A stretch of DNA of 31,836 bases from a virus. Position 1 is the first letter of the stretch. Each line of letters opens with the position of its first letter. Positions 23,623 to 31,739 of this stretch are shown here, in pieces. The notes beneath the pieces are model-generated. The model was not told where the DNA came from and did no database searches. It was given only the letters and a program-made list of their open reading frames with translations. The stretch is taken from the IMG/VR virus record IMGVR_UViG_3300046525_000085, positions 1-31,836 of that record; one strand, 5' to 3'. The position numbers were made by a program, and so were the translations under genes.

Positions 23623-24888
23623 ATGGTCGCAAGTACAGATATTAAGTTTTTCGTACATAGCAACAACAACGCGCCACAGCTGCAAAATGCTTATGGTTCG
23701 ATGATTGGTGTTTTGGATGCGTGTTTAGTCAATGGGATCAGTCTAGGGCCAGTGTCTACACTGACAGCCGTTGGCACCATGGTCACAGCCGTATTTAGTA
23801 CTGCTCACAACTTAATGCAATACCAGGTATTTAAAATCACCGGTGCGAATCAAGCTGAATATAATGGAGAGCATCGCATTTTAACGGTGCCGAATGCCAC
23901 GAGTGTGACCTTTCAACTAGCAAACATACCAAGTGTAACAACAACCACAGGGACAATCATTGCATTTTTGCCGCCATTAGGCTGGGAAAAGCCGTTCAGT
24001 AGTACGAATGAGGCTGGAGGCGGGAAAGCCGCTTATCGATCTAAGAATGTTTTGCTGCCCAGTCGACCATTTCTACGAGTGGTTGATGAGCTTGATCCTG
24101 TTTATACAGCAACATATGCCAAATTTGCCAAGGTGGGCATTGTTGAGGATATGGCAGACATCAATACAATGCTTGGGGTACAAGCGCCATTTAATTCAAC
24201 AATTCCTGAACGTAATTGGGTTGGGACGGGGAGTGGAGCAGCTGCAATTAATGGTTGGGCACGTTGGTATTATGCGCACAACCGAGCGTTTGGAACTTCA
24301 CAGGGTACAGACACAGATATACCCGTATCAGGGAGCAGATCATGGATATTGGTTGGAAATACTGATTATTTTTATATTTTACCCACTGCTACACCCTCAA
24401 ACACAACAGCCTTGCCTTATGGCTTTGGTTGTTTTAAATCCTTGTTAAATAGTGATTCTGCGCGTAATTTTCTATCTGCAACTTTAAACGATAGTGTTGC
24501 TAACAATACTCAACCCAAGCAAAGATATACACCGTTGTCAGGTAATAACACTACTGAGCAAAAAATATTACTACAAAGAGGGTATACACAATCGGCTCAA
24601 TATTTTACTGGGAGTAATATATCGCTTGGTGTAACCGGCTCAATTCAATCTGGATTGAGTGATTATATTGGGCCATATTCTCTTACCAGTGTTGCTGTGT
24701 TTGCACCTGTATTTATTAACGAAACGGTACTAAGAGGTGAAATACCCAATCTTTACTGGTTGTTTCAAGATAAACCGTATGCAAATTATCAAATCATTGA
24801 GCGCAATGGAAATGCATATATTGCTGTCAATATTGGCGCAAGCACCTCTGCCGGTATCGGGCAGATTGTACTTAAAATAGGGGAATAG
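23623..24888 (+). CDS. Tail protein, possibly fibre/receptor-binding (421 aa)
   Basis: Sits in the tail-tip block. The 3' third is visibly more AT-rich than the 5' part. Confidence 0.5.
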   Translation: MVASTDIKFFVHSNNNAPQLQNAYGSMIGVLDACLVNGISLGPVSTLTAVGTMVTAVFSTAHNLMQYQVFKITGANQAEYNGEHRILTVPNATSVTFQLANIPSVTTTTGTIIAFLPPLGWEKPFSSTNEAGGGKAAYRSKNVLLPSRPFLRVVDELDPVYTATYAKFAKVGIVEDMADINTMLGVQAPFNSTIPERNWVGTGSGAAAINGWARWYYAHNRAFGTSQGTDTDIPVSGSRSWILVGNTDYFYILPTATPSNTTALPYGFGCFKSLLNSDSARNFLSATLNDSVANNTQPKQRYTPLSGNNTTEQKILLQRGYTQSAQYFTGSNISLGVTGSIQSGLSDYIGPYSLTSVAVFAPVFINETVLRGEIPNLYWLFQDKPYANYQIIERNGNAYIAVNIGASTSAGIGQIVLKIGE

Positions 24889-24889
24889 C

Positions 24890-25180
24890 ATGTTACTAAA
24901 CCTCAATGTCATTCAGGCAGTCTGCCCAAACAATGATTCAATTCTGACTAGCGATAAAGGGCTATCGATTAAAGGCAAAGTCTCTGAAAAAAATACTCCG
25001 ATTCCATGTAGAGTCAGACTCTTTGAAAAACTGTCTGGGCGACTTATAGCGGACATTCAAACAGATAAGAATGGGAATTACGAGTTTGATCATCTAACTA
25101 AAACAAACTTCTTCATTGTGGCCCACCATCCACAAAGTCAATACAACGCAGTTATTCAAGATAATGTGGTGCCGAAATGA
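24890..25180 (+). CDS. Small beta-sandwich protein (carboxypeptidase-regulatory-like fold)
   Basis: IKGKV...IPCRVRLF....G.LIADIQTDKNGNYEFDHL fits the CarboxypepD_reg-like pattern (G.V.d...P.....V.l........TD.nG.Y.f). Confidence 0.5.
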   Translation: MLLNLNVIQAVCPNNDSILTSDKGLSIKGKVSEKNTPIPCRVRLFEKLSGRLIADIQTDKNGNYEFDHLTKTNFFIVAHHPQSQYNAVIQDNVVPK

Positions 25181-25569
25181 TCCAACCTTCACTCAAAGCC
25201 AGTCTTGCGCAACTCCAAGCACTAGCCACATACCTCGATCAAGGAAGCGCAAATGCTTCCTTTATTTTTTATGATGATGCAAAACCTGCTTCGGTCTCAG
25301 TGGCAGCCAATAACGCAGCGAAACTGGTGATCCTGACTTTACCTAAACCATGTTTTAAAGCCTTACACGCAGACAGTATCGAGCTGAATCAAACAGATGC
25401 TGCAACGGTAACGAAAGCAGGTGTTGCAACATGGGCACGCTTGCTGAATGGCGCAGGTGAGGCTGTAGCAGACTTTATGGTCGGTACGGATATAGAACTG
25501 GCCAATCCTGAACTGGTCTTAGGTAGCACTTTAATGATGAACTCCTTGATCCTCAAACCATCTACATAA
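25177..25569 (+). CDS. Hypothetical tail-module protein (130 aa)
   Basis: ATGA overlap with the upstream gene. No motif recognised. Confidence 0.5.
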   Translation: MIQPSLKASLAQLQALATYLDQGSANASFIFYDDAKPASVSVAANNAAKLVILTLPKPCFKALHADSIELNQTDAATVTKAGVATWARLLNGAGEAVADFMVGTDIELANPELVLGSTLMMNSLILKPST

Positions 25570-25582
25570 AAGAGGTGGACAT

Positions 25583-27592
25583 GTGGCGAACTATATTCCA
25601 CCTGATGCACATCATGTAAATCTCAATTTTAAAGACATTGTAACGGGATCTGCCGAACTTAACTTTGGTGCGGATGAACAAAACCTTGCATCACTTGAAG
25701 CCACGATTGATACCTCATTTTTGGCTTTGTTTCAGGCGCTGAGTTTTGATTTCAATGTGCTTGAAGCTGAAATCAATGTTTCATTTCATGCGGAGTTTCA
25801 TGCCGTATCAGGGCAAACGGCACAGCTTGAAGCCACTATCAATACAGGATTTATCCCTGAGCTGAACGTGGTGGGGATTAATGCATATTGCTCCCTCGAT
25901 GCAGTGATCAATACACCATTCAATCCCGCCTTTGAAGCCTTGTTTGACATCAACCATCAGCTCGGTGTTGAGCTGAGATTCAGTGCTGTCTTTGAGCGTG
26001 CAATCACTCAGCTGGGATCAACGGAAATACCATGGGCGAAACCAGTCCTCAGGGTGTCAAATGACACCTTTTTTTACGACCGTGGATTGGTGCTCAATCA
26101 TGGCAATGACCTTGGGTTTCAGCGTGGACGGACGTTATCTGAATCCATCCATGCGGCGTTTGACCAGGGTATGAGGCTTAGTCGCAACCAAAGTGTACGT
26201 TGGCAAGAAAACCTGAAGATTCGGATTGCGCGTGATTTGTATTTCGATGAATCGATCAAGCTTCGATTAAACCGTGAATTGACTCATCAGGAGATGATCC
26301 GTAAACGCCGCAATATCTCGTATTCACATCAGGTCGCGCATGTGTTTGAAAAGCGCTTTAGCTTTGATTGGGACAAAGGATTGGAGCTGGTCACACAAGA
26401 TGAGATCCCTTGGGATAAAGCCAAATCTATTCATTATCGCAAGCATCCGATTGAATCATGGCCAGAGCCTGAAATTCCTCAATATGAAGGCACAGGGGAT
26501 CTCGAGTTTGTGTGCTTATGTGATGAACCTGATGTGCACAATGTTGAACTCAACTTTGGTGCGGATGATTGCATCCCTGGCATACCAAATCGTAATTGGT
26601 GGTACATATTGAATAGTTTATCTGTGACACGCCTAGACAATGGCGTAGAGATTGAAGTTTATGACGGGAATTATAGTACCGATCGTAGCTGCTGGTGTTG
26701 GTCCTATAGTTTGACTGTACCGGCATCCCAGATTGGCAAACTTGAACCGATCAATGGCCAACCTGTGATTTTAAGAATTATAGTGAATGGTACCGAGCAT
26801 CAAATGTTGCTTGAGAACCGTCGACGTTCTCGTAAGTTTGCCCAAGACACCTATACCTTGATTGGTCGAAGTCAAACCGCACTGCTTGCTGCGCCGACAG
26901 CGCCTTTACGCTCATTCCTACAAGAGAATGATCGAACCTCAGTCCAGTTGTGCCAAGCGGAACTGGATCGCGTGTTTAGCGATACAGTACTCAATTGGCG
27001 GTTGATCGATGCACTAGGCTGGATCGTTGAACGTGAATGTTTGAGCTATTCCAATTTAGCACCGATAGATGCCATCAAGATGGTGGTTGAAAGCGGTGGT
27101 GGGTTTATTTATAGCGAAAAGGGTAGCAATACGCTGACCATTAAACCGCTGTATAAAAAGACCTTCTGGGATGTGCTATCGATCGCTGAGTATGATCGCA
27201 TGCTGCCTGAGTCTGCGGTGGTGAGTCAATCGACTGATTATCAGATCTATCCTGATTACAACGGCATTACGCTGACAAATGACCGTAAAGGACCACCAGC
27301 TCAGGTAAAACGTACTGGCACTAGTGCTGATATTCTACTTCAACCTGAAAACAATCCGTTGTTCAACTATGTCAGCATGAAGGCCTATGGCAAAGCCAAA
27401 CTTGCCAAAGCAGGAATGGTCGAAACTCATACCTACAGTATGCCGATCTCGCCTGAAGTGGGTGAATGTGTACCAGGAGAAGTGCTTGCCTTTAATGCGG
27501 AATGGTGGGGCATTGTAGATAGTGTCAGTGTTTCGTTTAGTCATGCGCTGGTCAATCAAACCGTGAAAGTGGAGCGTGTCAATCGTGAGTAA
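25583..27592 (+). CDS. Tail-tip/fibre-associated protein with N-terminal tandem repeats (669 aa)
   Basis: GTG start 7 nt after AGAGG. Four repeats of about 22 aa (LEATIDTSF, LEAEINVSF, LEATINTGF, LDAVINTPF). The PD.H.V.LNF(GAD) motif occurs twice. Confidence 0.6.
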   Translation: MANYIPPDAHHVNLNFKDIVTGSAELNFGADEQNLASLEATIDTSFLALFQALSFDFNVLEAEINVSFHAEFHAVSGQTAQLEATINTGFIPELNVVGINAYCSLDAVINTPFNPAFEALFDINHQLGVELRFSAVFERAITQLGSTEIPWAKPVLRVSNDTFFYDRGLVLNHGNDLGFQRGRTLSESIHAAFDQGMRLSRNQSVRWQENLKIRIARDLYFDESIKLRLNRELTHQEMIRKRRNISYSHQVAHVFEKRFSFDWDKGLELVTQDEIPWDKAKSIHYRKHPIESWPEPEIPQYEGTGDLEFVCLCDEPDVHNVELNFGADDCIPGIPNRNWWYILNSLSVTRLDNGVEIEVYDGNYSTDRSCWCWSYSLTVPASQIGKLEPINGQPVILRIIVNGTEHQMLLENRRRSRKFAQDTYTLIGRSQTALLAAPTAPLRSFLQENDRTSVQLCQAELDRVFSDTVLNWRLIDALGWIVERECLSYSNLAPIDAIKMVVESGGGFIYSEKGSNTLTIKPLYKKTFWDVLSIAEYDRMLPESAVVSQSTDYQIYPDYNGITLTNDRKGPPAQVKRTGTSADILLQPENNPLFNYVSMKAYGKAKLAKAGMVETHTYSMPISPEVGECVPGEVLAFNAEWWGIVDSVSVSFSHALVNQTVKVERVNRE

Positions 27593-27815
27593 TGCATTAC
27601 AGCGTTTAATTGATTTACTTCCTACTGCTGCAGAGTTTGTAGGAACGATTACTAGCGTGGACCATCCCAATTACAAAGTGTTGGTGGTGGGTGGATCGGG
27701 ATTAAATCTAGTCACCAGTTCAACACGTTACAACCTAGGAGCAACCGTATTTGTATCTGATGGTGAGATCAAGCGACTCGCACCATTGGGTGAAGTGATT
27801 CAAATCGAAGTTTAA
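27576..27815 (+). CDS. Hypothetical small tail-module protein
   Basis: GTG start at 27576 or 27585 (GGAG at 27571-27574). Overlaps the upstream stop. Followed by a terminator. Confidence 0.5.
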   Translation: MSIVSNALQRLIDLLPTAAEFVGTITSVDHPNYKVLVVGGSGLNLVTSSTRYNLGATVFVSDGEIKRLAPLGEVIQIEV

Positions 27816-27832
27816 GTTTAGAAAAGTATATG

Positions 27833-27855
27833 GCGCTCAATAGAGCGCTTTTTTA
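27833..27855 (+). terminator. Rho-independent terminator between the tail and lysis modules
   Basis: GCGCTC-AATA-GAGCGC followed by T6. Confidence 0.7.
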
Positions 27856-27876
27856 TTGCCAAAATTAGGGGGCGAA

Positions 27877-28152
27877 ATGTCTGAAACAACAGCGGTGGTA
27901 GCTGAAACTTCAGCGGCAATTGCGGGAAAAGTAACAACGTATACAGGCACTGGTGTAACGCTTTTGTCCTGGGCAGCAACATGGGATTGGGGTTTTTTAA
28001 TTGGTGTGGGTATTGGTTTGGCTGGCTTGCTTATCAGCTTAATGAATTTCCTCTCCAATCGGCAATTCCAAAAACGCAAAGACAGACGCGAACAAGAAAT
28101 TCACGAACTTGAAAAGCGCAAACGAAATGGGGAATGCGATGTCAAAAACTAA
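27877..28152 (+). CDS. Holin (two TM helices, charged C-terminus)
   Basis: GGGGG SD 5-6 nt before the ATG at 27877. Two hydrophobic helices, then a KRKDRREQE...KRKR tail. Overlaps the endolysin start. Confidence 0.75.
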   Translation: MSETTAVVAETSAAIAGKVTTYTGTGVTLLSWAATWDWGFLIGVGIGLAGLLISLMNFLSNRQFQKRKDRREQEIHELEKRKRNGECDVKN

Positions 28153-28642
28153 ATATCTGGCGTATGGACTGGCAGCTTCGGCTGCTTTTTTTACGTCTTT
28201 AGAAATACACGAAGGCTATTCAGCAAAGCCATATAAAGATACTGGGGGAGTTGTGACTCAGGGTATCGGGTCAACGGTAAAACCAAATGGCCAAGTGATC
28301 AAAATGACCGATCCACCCATCACACGAAAAACAGCTCAAGAGTGGGCGGAAGTTCATGTGGCCAAAGATGAAATTCCATTTCGCAAGTCTCTTCAGGGGG
28401 TGAAGTTATCTCAAGTCGAGTATGACGTATATCTCGACTTTACCTATAACTTTGGTCAAGCCAATTGGAATCAATCCTCGATGCTTCGCAATTTAAAAGC
28501 AGGGAAGTACAAGCAGGCTTGTGATTCATTACTCAAGTGGAAGTACGTGGCCAAACGTGATTGCTCTGTACGATCCAACAATTGCTATGGCGTTTGGACT
28601 CGGCAGGTTGAGCGTCATTCAAAATGTATGGGAGCACAGTAG
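28139..28642 (+). CDS. GH24 lysozyme-type endolysin with an N-terminal SAR-like segment
   Basis: E-x8-D-x5-T catalytic triad in HEGYSAKPYKDTGGVVTQGIG. N-terminal weakly hydrophobic YLAYGLAASAAFFTSL. Start could be 28127 or 28139. Confidence 0.9.
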   Translation: MSKTKYLAYGLAASAAFFTSLEIHEGYSAKPYKDTGGVVTQGIGSTVKPNGQVIKMTDPPITRKTAQEWAEVHVAKDEIPFRKSLQGVKLSQVEYDVYLDFTYNFGQANWNQSSMLRNLKAGKYKQACDSLLKWKYVAKRDCSVRSNNCYGVWTRQVERHSKCMGAQ

Positions 28643-28939
28643 ATGAGTGAATTTAAAAAAGTGAGCAATGTGCTTCTTGAGTCTAACGGTATTTATTTTA
28701 TTGAATGCCCTGGATGTAAAACTTTGCATCCATTTCATGTTGATCCAAAACATAAAATTCGTTGGGATTTCAATGGTGATTTAGAGAAACCAACATTTAG
28801 CCCAAGCTTAATGGTAAATCAAGGACACCCTAGCCAATGTCATTCATTTGTCACGGATGGAAAAATTCAGTTCCTATCTGATTGCCATCATGGATTAGCG
28901 GGGCAAACAGTTGACCTTCCTGGCGTGGAGGAATTTTGA
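28643..28939 (+). CDS. Cys/His-rich 98-aa protein inside the lysis cassette (DUF6527-like?)
   Basis: CPGC...H.FH...C.H....DCHH pattern. Abuts the endolysin stop (TAGATG) and overlaps the spanin start (ATGA). Family name is from memory only. Confidence 0.55.
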   Translation: MSEFKKVSNVLLESNGIYFIECPGCKTLHPFHVDPKHKIRWDFNGDLEKPTFSPSLMVNQGHPSQCHSFVTDGKIQFLSDCHHGLAGQTVDLPGVEEF

Positions 28940-29448
28940 TGCCTTTACTTTTATGGATTTGGAATAACAAACGCTGGACTTTAATCCTTGTGCTTTTGAT
29001 CTATGGATTATTTCAAACATGGCAATCCAACTCACTGGCAGGTGATTTAAGCAAGGCTAAGGCCGATTGTAAAACTAAGGTACAGCAAGAAGTCGATAAG
29101 GCAGTTAAGTCTTATCAAGTTGCAATCACAAATGCCAAAGAACAGAAAGCCATCACTGAAAAGGCTTGGTCAGATAAATATATTGAGGTAGAACAGAATG
29201 CGATTAAAAAAATACAAGATGCGAATGCTGCCGCTCGTAGTGCTGACTTGGCTGCTAGTGGGTTGTCAAAGCAACTCAGTGAAGCAAACAAACGTCTGTC
29301 CACAGCTCCCCGTCAAACCATCATTGAATATACCATTACCAACAGTGAGTTATTCGAAACTTGCACAGCAGAATATCGAAGCATGGCAGAAAAAGCAGAT
29401 GGCCACTCAATTGATGTCGAACGATTGAGTGAGGCGTGGCCTGAGTGA
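28936..29448 (+). CDS. i-spanin (Rz-like)
   Basis: N-terminal TM (WTLILVLLIYGLF), then a long coiled-coil periplasmic domain. Contains an embedded lipoprotein ORF in another frame. Confidence 0.8.
   Translation: MMPLLLWIWNNKRWTLILVLLIYGLFQTWQSNSLAGDLSKAKADCKTKVQQEVDKAVKSYQVAITNAKEQKAITEKAWSDKYIEVEQNAIKKIQDANAAARSADLAASGLSKQLSEANKRLSTAPRQTIIEYTITNSELFETCTAEYRSMAEKADGHSIDVERLSEAWPE
29198..29428 (+). CDS. o-spanin (Rz1-like lipoprotein), fully embedded in the i-spanin gene
   Basis: Lipobox LLVGC after a signal sequence. Pro-rich mature part. Possible starts at 29198, 29219 or 29225. Confidence 0.8.
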   Translation: MRLKKYKMRMLPLVVLTWLLVGCQSNSVKQTNVCPQLPVKPSLNIPLPTVSYSKLAQQNIEAWQKKQMATQLMSND

Positions 29449-29554
29449 ATTATGAGTAGTGCATTCTGCTTTCAGGATGCACGGCCCATTCGATTTCAAC
29501 TGTATGAGGCTGTTGCTGATGTCCAAGCAGCATCTAATACAGAGCCATAAAAGT

Positions 29555-30601
29555 TTACTGTTTTCTATTATTTAATTTATTTTTTCTTTTAAGTCCTCTA
29601 TCTTTGAAAAAACTAAATACTCGCCCCAAAATGTGATATTTAAAGAATCCAAAATGATAACTATCATCGGACAAATCAATTTTTTTCGAAGCATCAATCT
29701 TATAATATTTATTAATCCATTCTAACTCTTTGAGCTGAGAATGAACTTCGAAGCTAACCCACGAAAACTTACCGCTATTAAGGGCGGCCTGAATTACATT
29801 TTTGACATGATCCTTTCCATGAGAGGTCCACAATACGTCATGATCAAATGATAATAGCCCGTCGAAATAAACTTCATCCTTATGAGGGGATATCGAGAAA
29901 AAAGAATCTAGACCATCATGAGTTTTTAACTCTATAAAATATAAAACATTATTACCAACAGGCCATTTCTTTTGACCTATAAATTTACCACCTTGGCCAA
30001 CAATATGAGCTGTATAGTAGTTTGTTAAAGCCTGTTTTATTACATTAGAAAACTTAAGTTGACCACAAACAACAATGCCCTCTATCGTATCTAGAACAAT
30101 CCGTTTTTTTATTTTTCTATCATGAAGCACATCTATAAGCCCAACAACTGGATGCATGTTAGCAAAGTATCCAAGCCGAGGTGGGAAGCTATGTACAACG
30201 CATTCATATGGTTTTAACGTAATATATTCATCTTCATTAAAATTATCATTATTAAGCTTAATAAAAATATTCTCAGAAATTTTTATGTAAAAGTTCTTTA
30301 TTATTAGTGGCTTATCTTTCTTATTAACAAGAATAATCGAAGTAATATAATAATCATTATTCGAAGTATCACTAGACATCTGGAAATTAGCGGCTACATC
30401 AACCCCTGACTTTCTCCAATAATTTCTAAAAGCAATATAAATACCCAATATAGACAAAATTAATGTTGGTAAAAAATAGACTGGGGTTTTTTGTAAAAAT
30501 AATTTAAAATCAATGATATAAACGGATTCGATAAACGTGTAATACCATCCAACAATAAAGCAGACTAGTATAAATATGCCAATCTCTATTTTCTCTCTCA
30601 T
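29555..30601 (-). CDS. 348-aa membrane protein, function unknown (two N-terminal TM helices plus a domain of about 290 aa)
   Basis: Long ORF in a very AT-rich segment. Helices at about residues 6-24 and 41-58. Basic C-terminal tail KDRGLKRKNKLNNRKQ. No motif recognised. Confidence 0.75.
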   Translation of the reverse strand: MREKIEIGIFILVCFIVGWYYTFIESVYIIDFKLFLQKTPVYFLPTLILSILGIYIAFRNYWRKSGVDVAANFQMSSDTSNNDYYITSIILVNKKDKPLIIKNFYIKISENIFIKLNNDNFNEDEYITLKPYECVVHSFPPRLGYFANMHPVVGLIDVLHDRKIKKRIVLDTIEGIVVCGQLKFSNVIKQALTNYYTAHIVGQGGKFIGQKKWPVGNNVLYFIELKTHDGLDSFFSISPHKDEVYFDGLLSFDHDVLWTSHGKDHVKNVIQAALNSGKFSWVSFEVHSQLKELEWINKYYKIDASKKIDLSDDSYHFGFFKYHILGRVFSFFKDRGLKRKNKLNNRKQ

Positions 30602-30658
30602 TATTAAATAACCTAATCATCTACACAGCATTAAATACACGCAAAAAAACTTTAATAT

Positions 30659-31219
30659 TTAACTTTCGCTATTAAAAAAATCTTTATAAGATCCTGATTT
30701 TTCACCTATTTTTAAACTTTTTCCAGTTAGTTTCATTTTGTATTCTTTATTATTTTGGGGGTGTTTGTAGGTTGCTTCAAAGCATTCATCTAATTTGAAA
30801 ATGTCTTCGCCTGAAAATTTTAAGCCAAAGTTTTTTGCAACTCTATCAAACACTTCTATGCATTTTTCTCTGTTATCTAGTTTACTTTCATAGTTGTTAA
30901 TAACATTCGCAATATCCCAGAAAAAACGCTTTAAAATATTTATATCGCTCAAAGCATTTTTTATTTCTTTTTCAAGTCGTTGTGGGATTTTATCTAATTT
31001 TTTATTTTTATTTTTAATAATATGTACAACTGTACCTTTATTCGAATTTAAAGAAATTTTTATTACTACATGTTGCAGTTTTCCATCCATTGGAAAGTTA
31101 GTTCTTTTGTCTAAATGAACATCTTTATTTTCACCTTCAAAAGATTTAATTTCTTTATTTCCCCAATTGTGATCATCAATCTGAATTGTTTGATCTTTAA
31201 TTAGACTTATTAAGCTCAT
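30659..31219 (-). CDS. 186-aa soluble Lys/Asn-rich protein, function unknown
   Basis: ORF 57 nt upstream of, and co-oriented with, the 348-aa gene, with the same AT-rich composition. No motif recognised. Confidence 0.7.
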   Translation of the reverse strand: MSLISLIKDQTIQIDDHNWGNKEIKSFEGENKDVHLDKRTNFPMDGKLQHVVIKISLNSNKGTVVHIIKNKNKKLDKIPQRLEKEIKNALSDINILKRFFWDIANVINNYESKLDNREKCIEVFDRVAKNFGLKFSGEDIFKLDECFEATYKHPQNNKEYKMKLTGKSLKIGEKSGSYKDFFNSES

Positions 31220-31520
31220 TAAGTTTCTCTAAAATTAACACTATACGCCTTATACCAAAATCTTGAGATTTTTATATAAGGATCAAAGCCTTAATCATAT
31301 ACGTTCTAGTACTTATTTGGCTATAGCGTATTTTTTCGTAATTCATCTTGTTTCACACATACAGTTTAATCAAACTAATGATTTAAATCCTTAGCATTCA
31401 TTAACTATAAAATATCGTTAACGACAATCAACATACCTTCCCATCTAAAATAATCCCTAGTCAAACTTCCACTACTCATCGACCAGCCAAGTTTTAGCTG
31501 GTGCAATGCAATATCTGGGA

Positions 31521-31739
31521 TTAGGATTCATCTAAAACCAGCTGTCTAACTTTAGCCGCTTTCTCAAAGTGATCTAGCTTGTGATGCATAATCCACCACT
31601 GAGCAGCTTCCATCAGTAGTTCTGGATTATCATTTTTATTCTTAAAAAAGGCATAAAACGAGAGCCCAACATTTTCTCCCTTTTTCTCAATTTTTTCGTT
31701 ACACCCACAAATAAAAATTTCTCTTAACTCATCTCTCAT
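31521..31739 (-). CDS. 72-aa hypothetical protein
   Basis: ORF track. AGGT about 9 nt upstream of the ATG. Same strand and composition as the cassette. Confidence 0.45.
   Translation of the reverse strand: MRDELREIFICGCNEKIEKKGENVGLSFYAFFKNKNDNPELLMEAAQWWIMHHKLDHFEKAAKVRQLVLDES

Noticed and set aside
25655-26568. The 23-nt repeat in the 669-aa tail gene as a diversity-generating retroelement TR/VR pair
   Set aside because: There is no reverse transcriptase in the window. The repeat is short, lies within one ORF, and encodes a conserved protein motif (ELNFGAD) rather than an adenine-mutated variable region.
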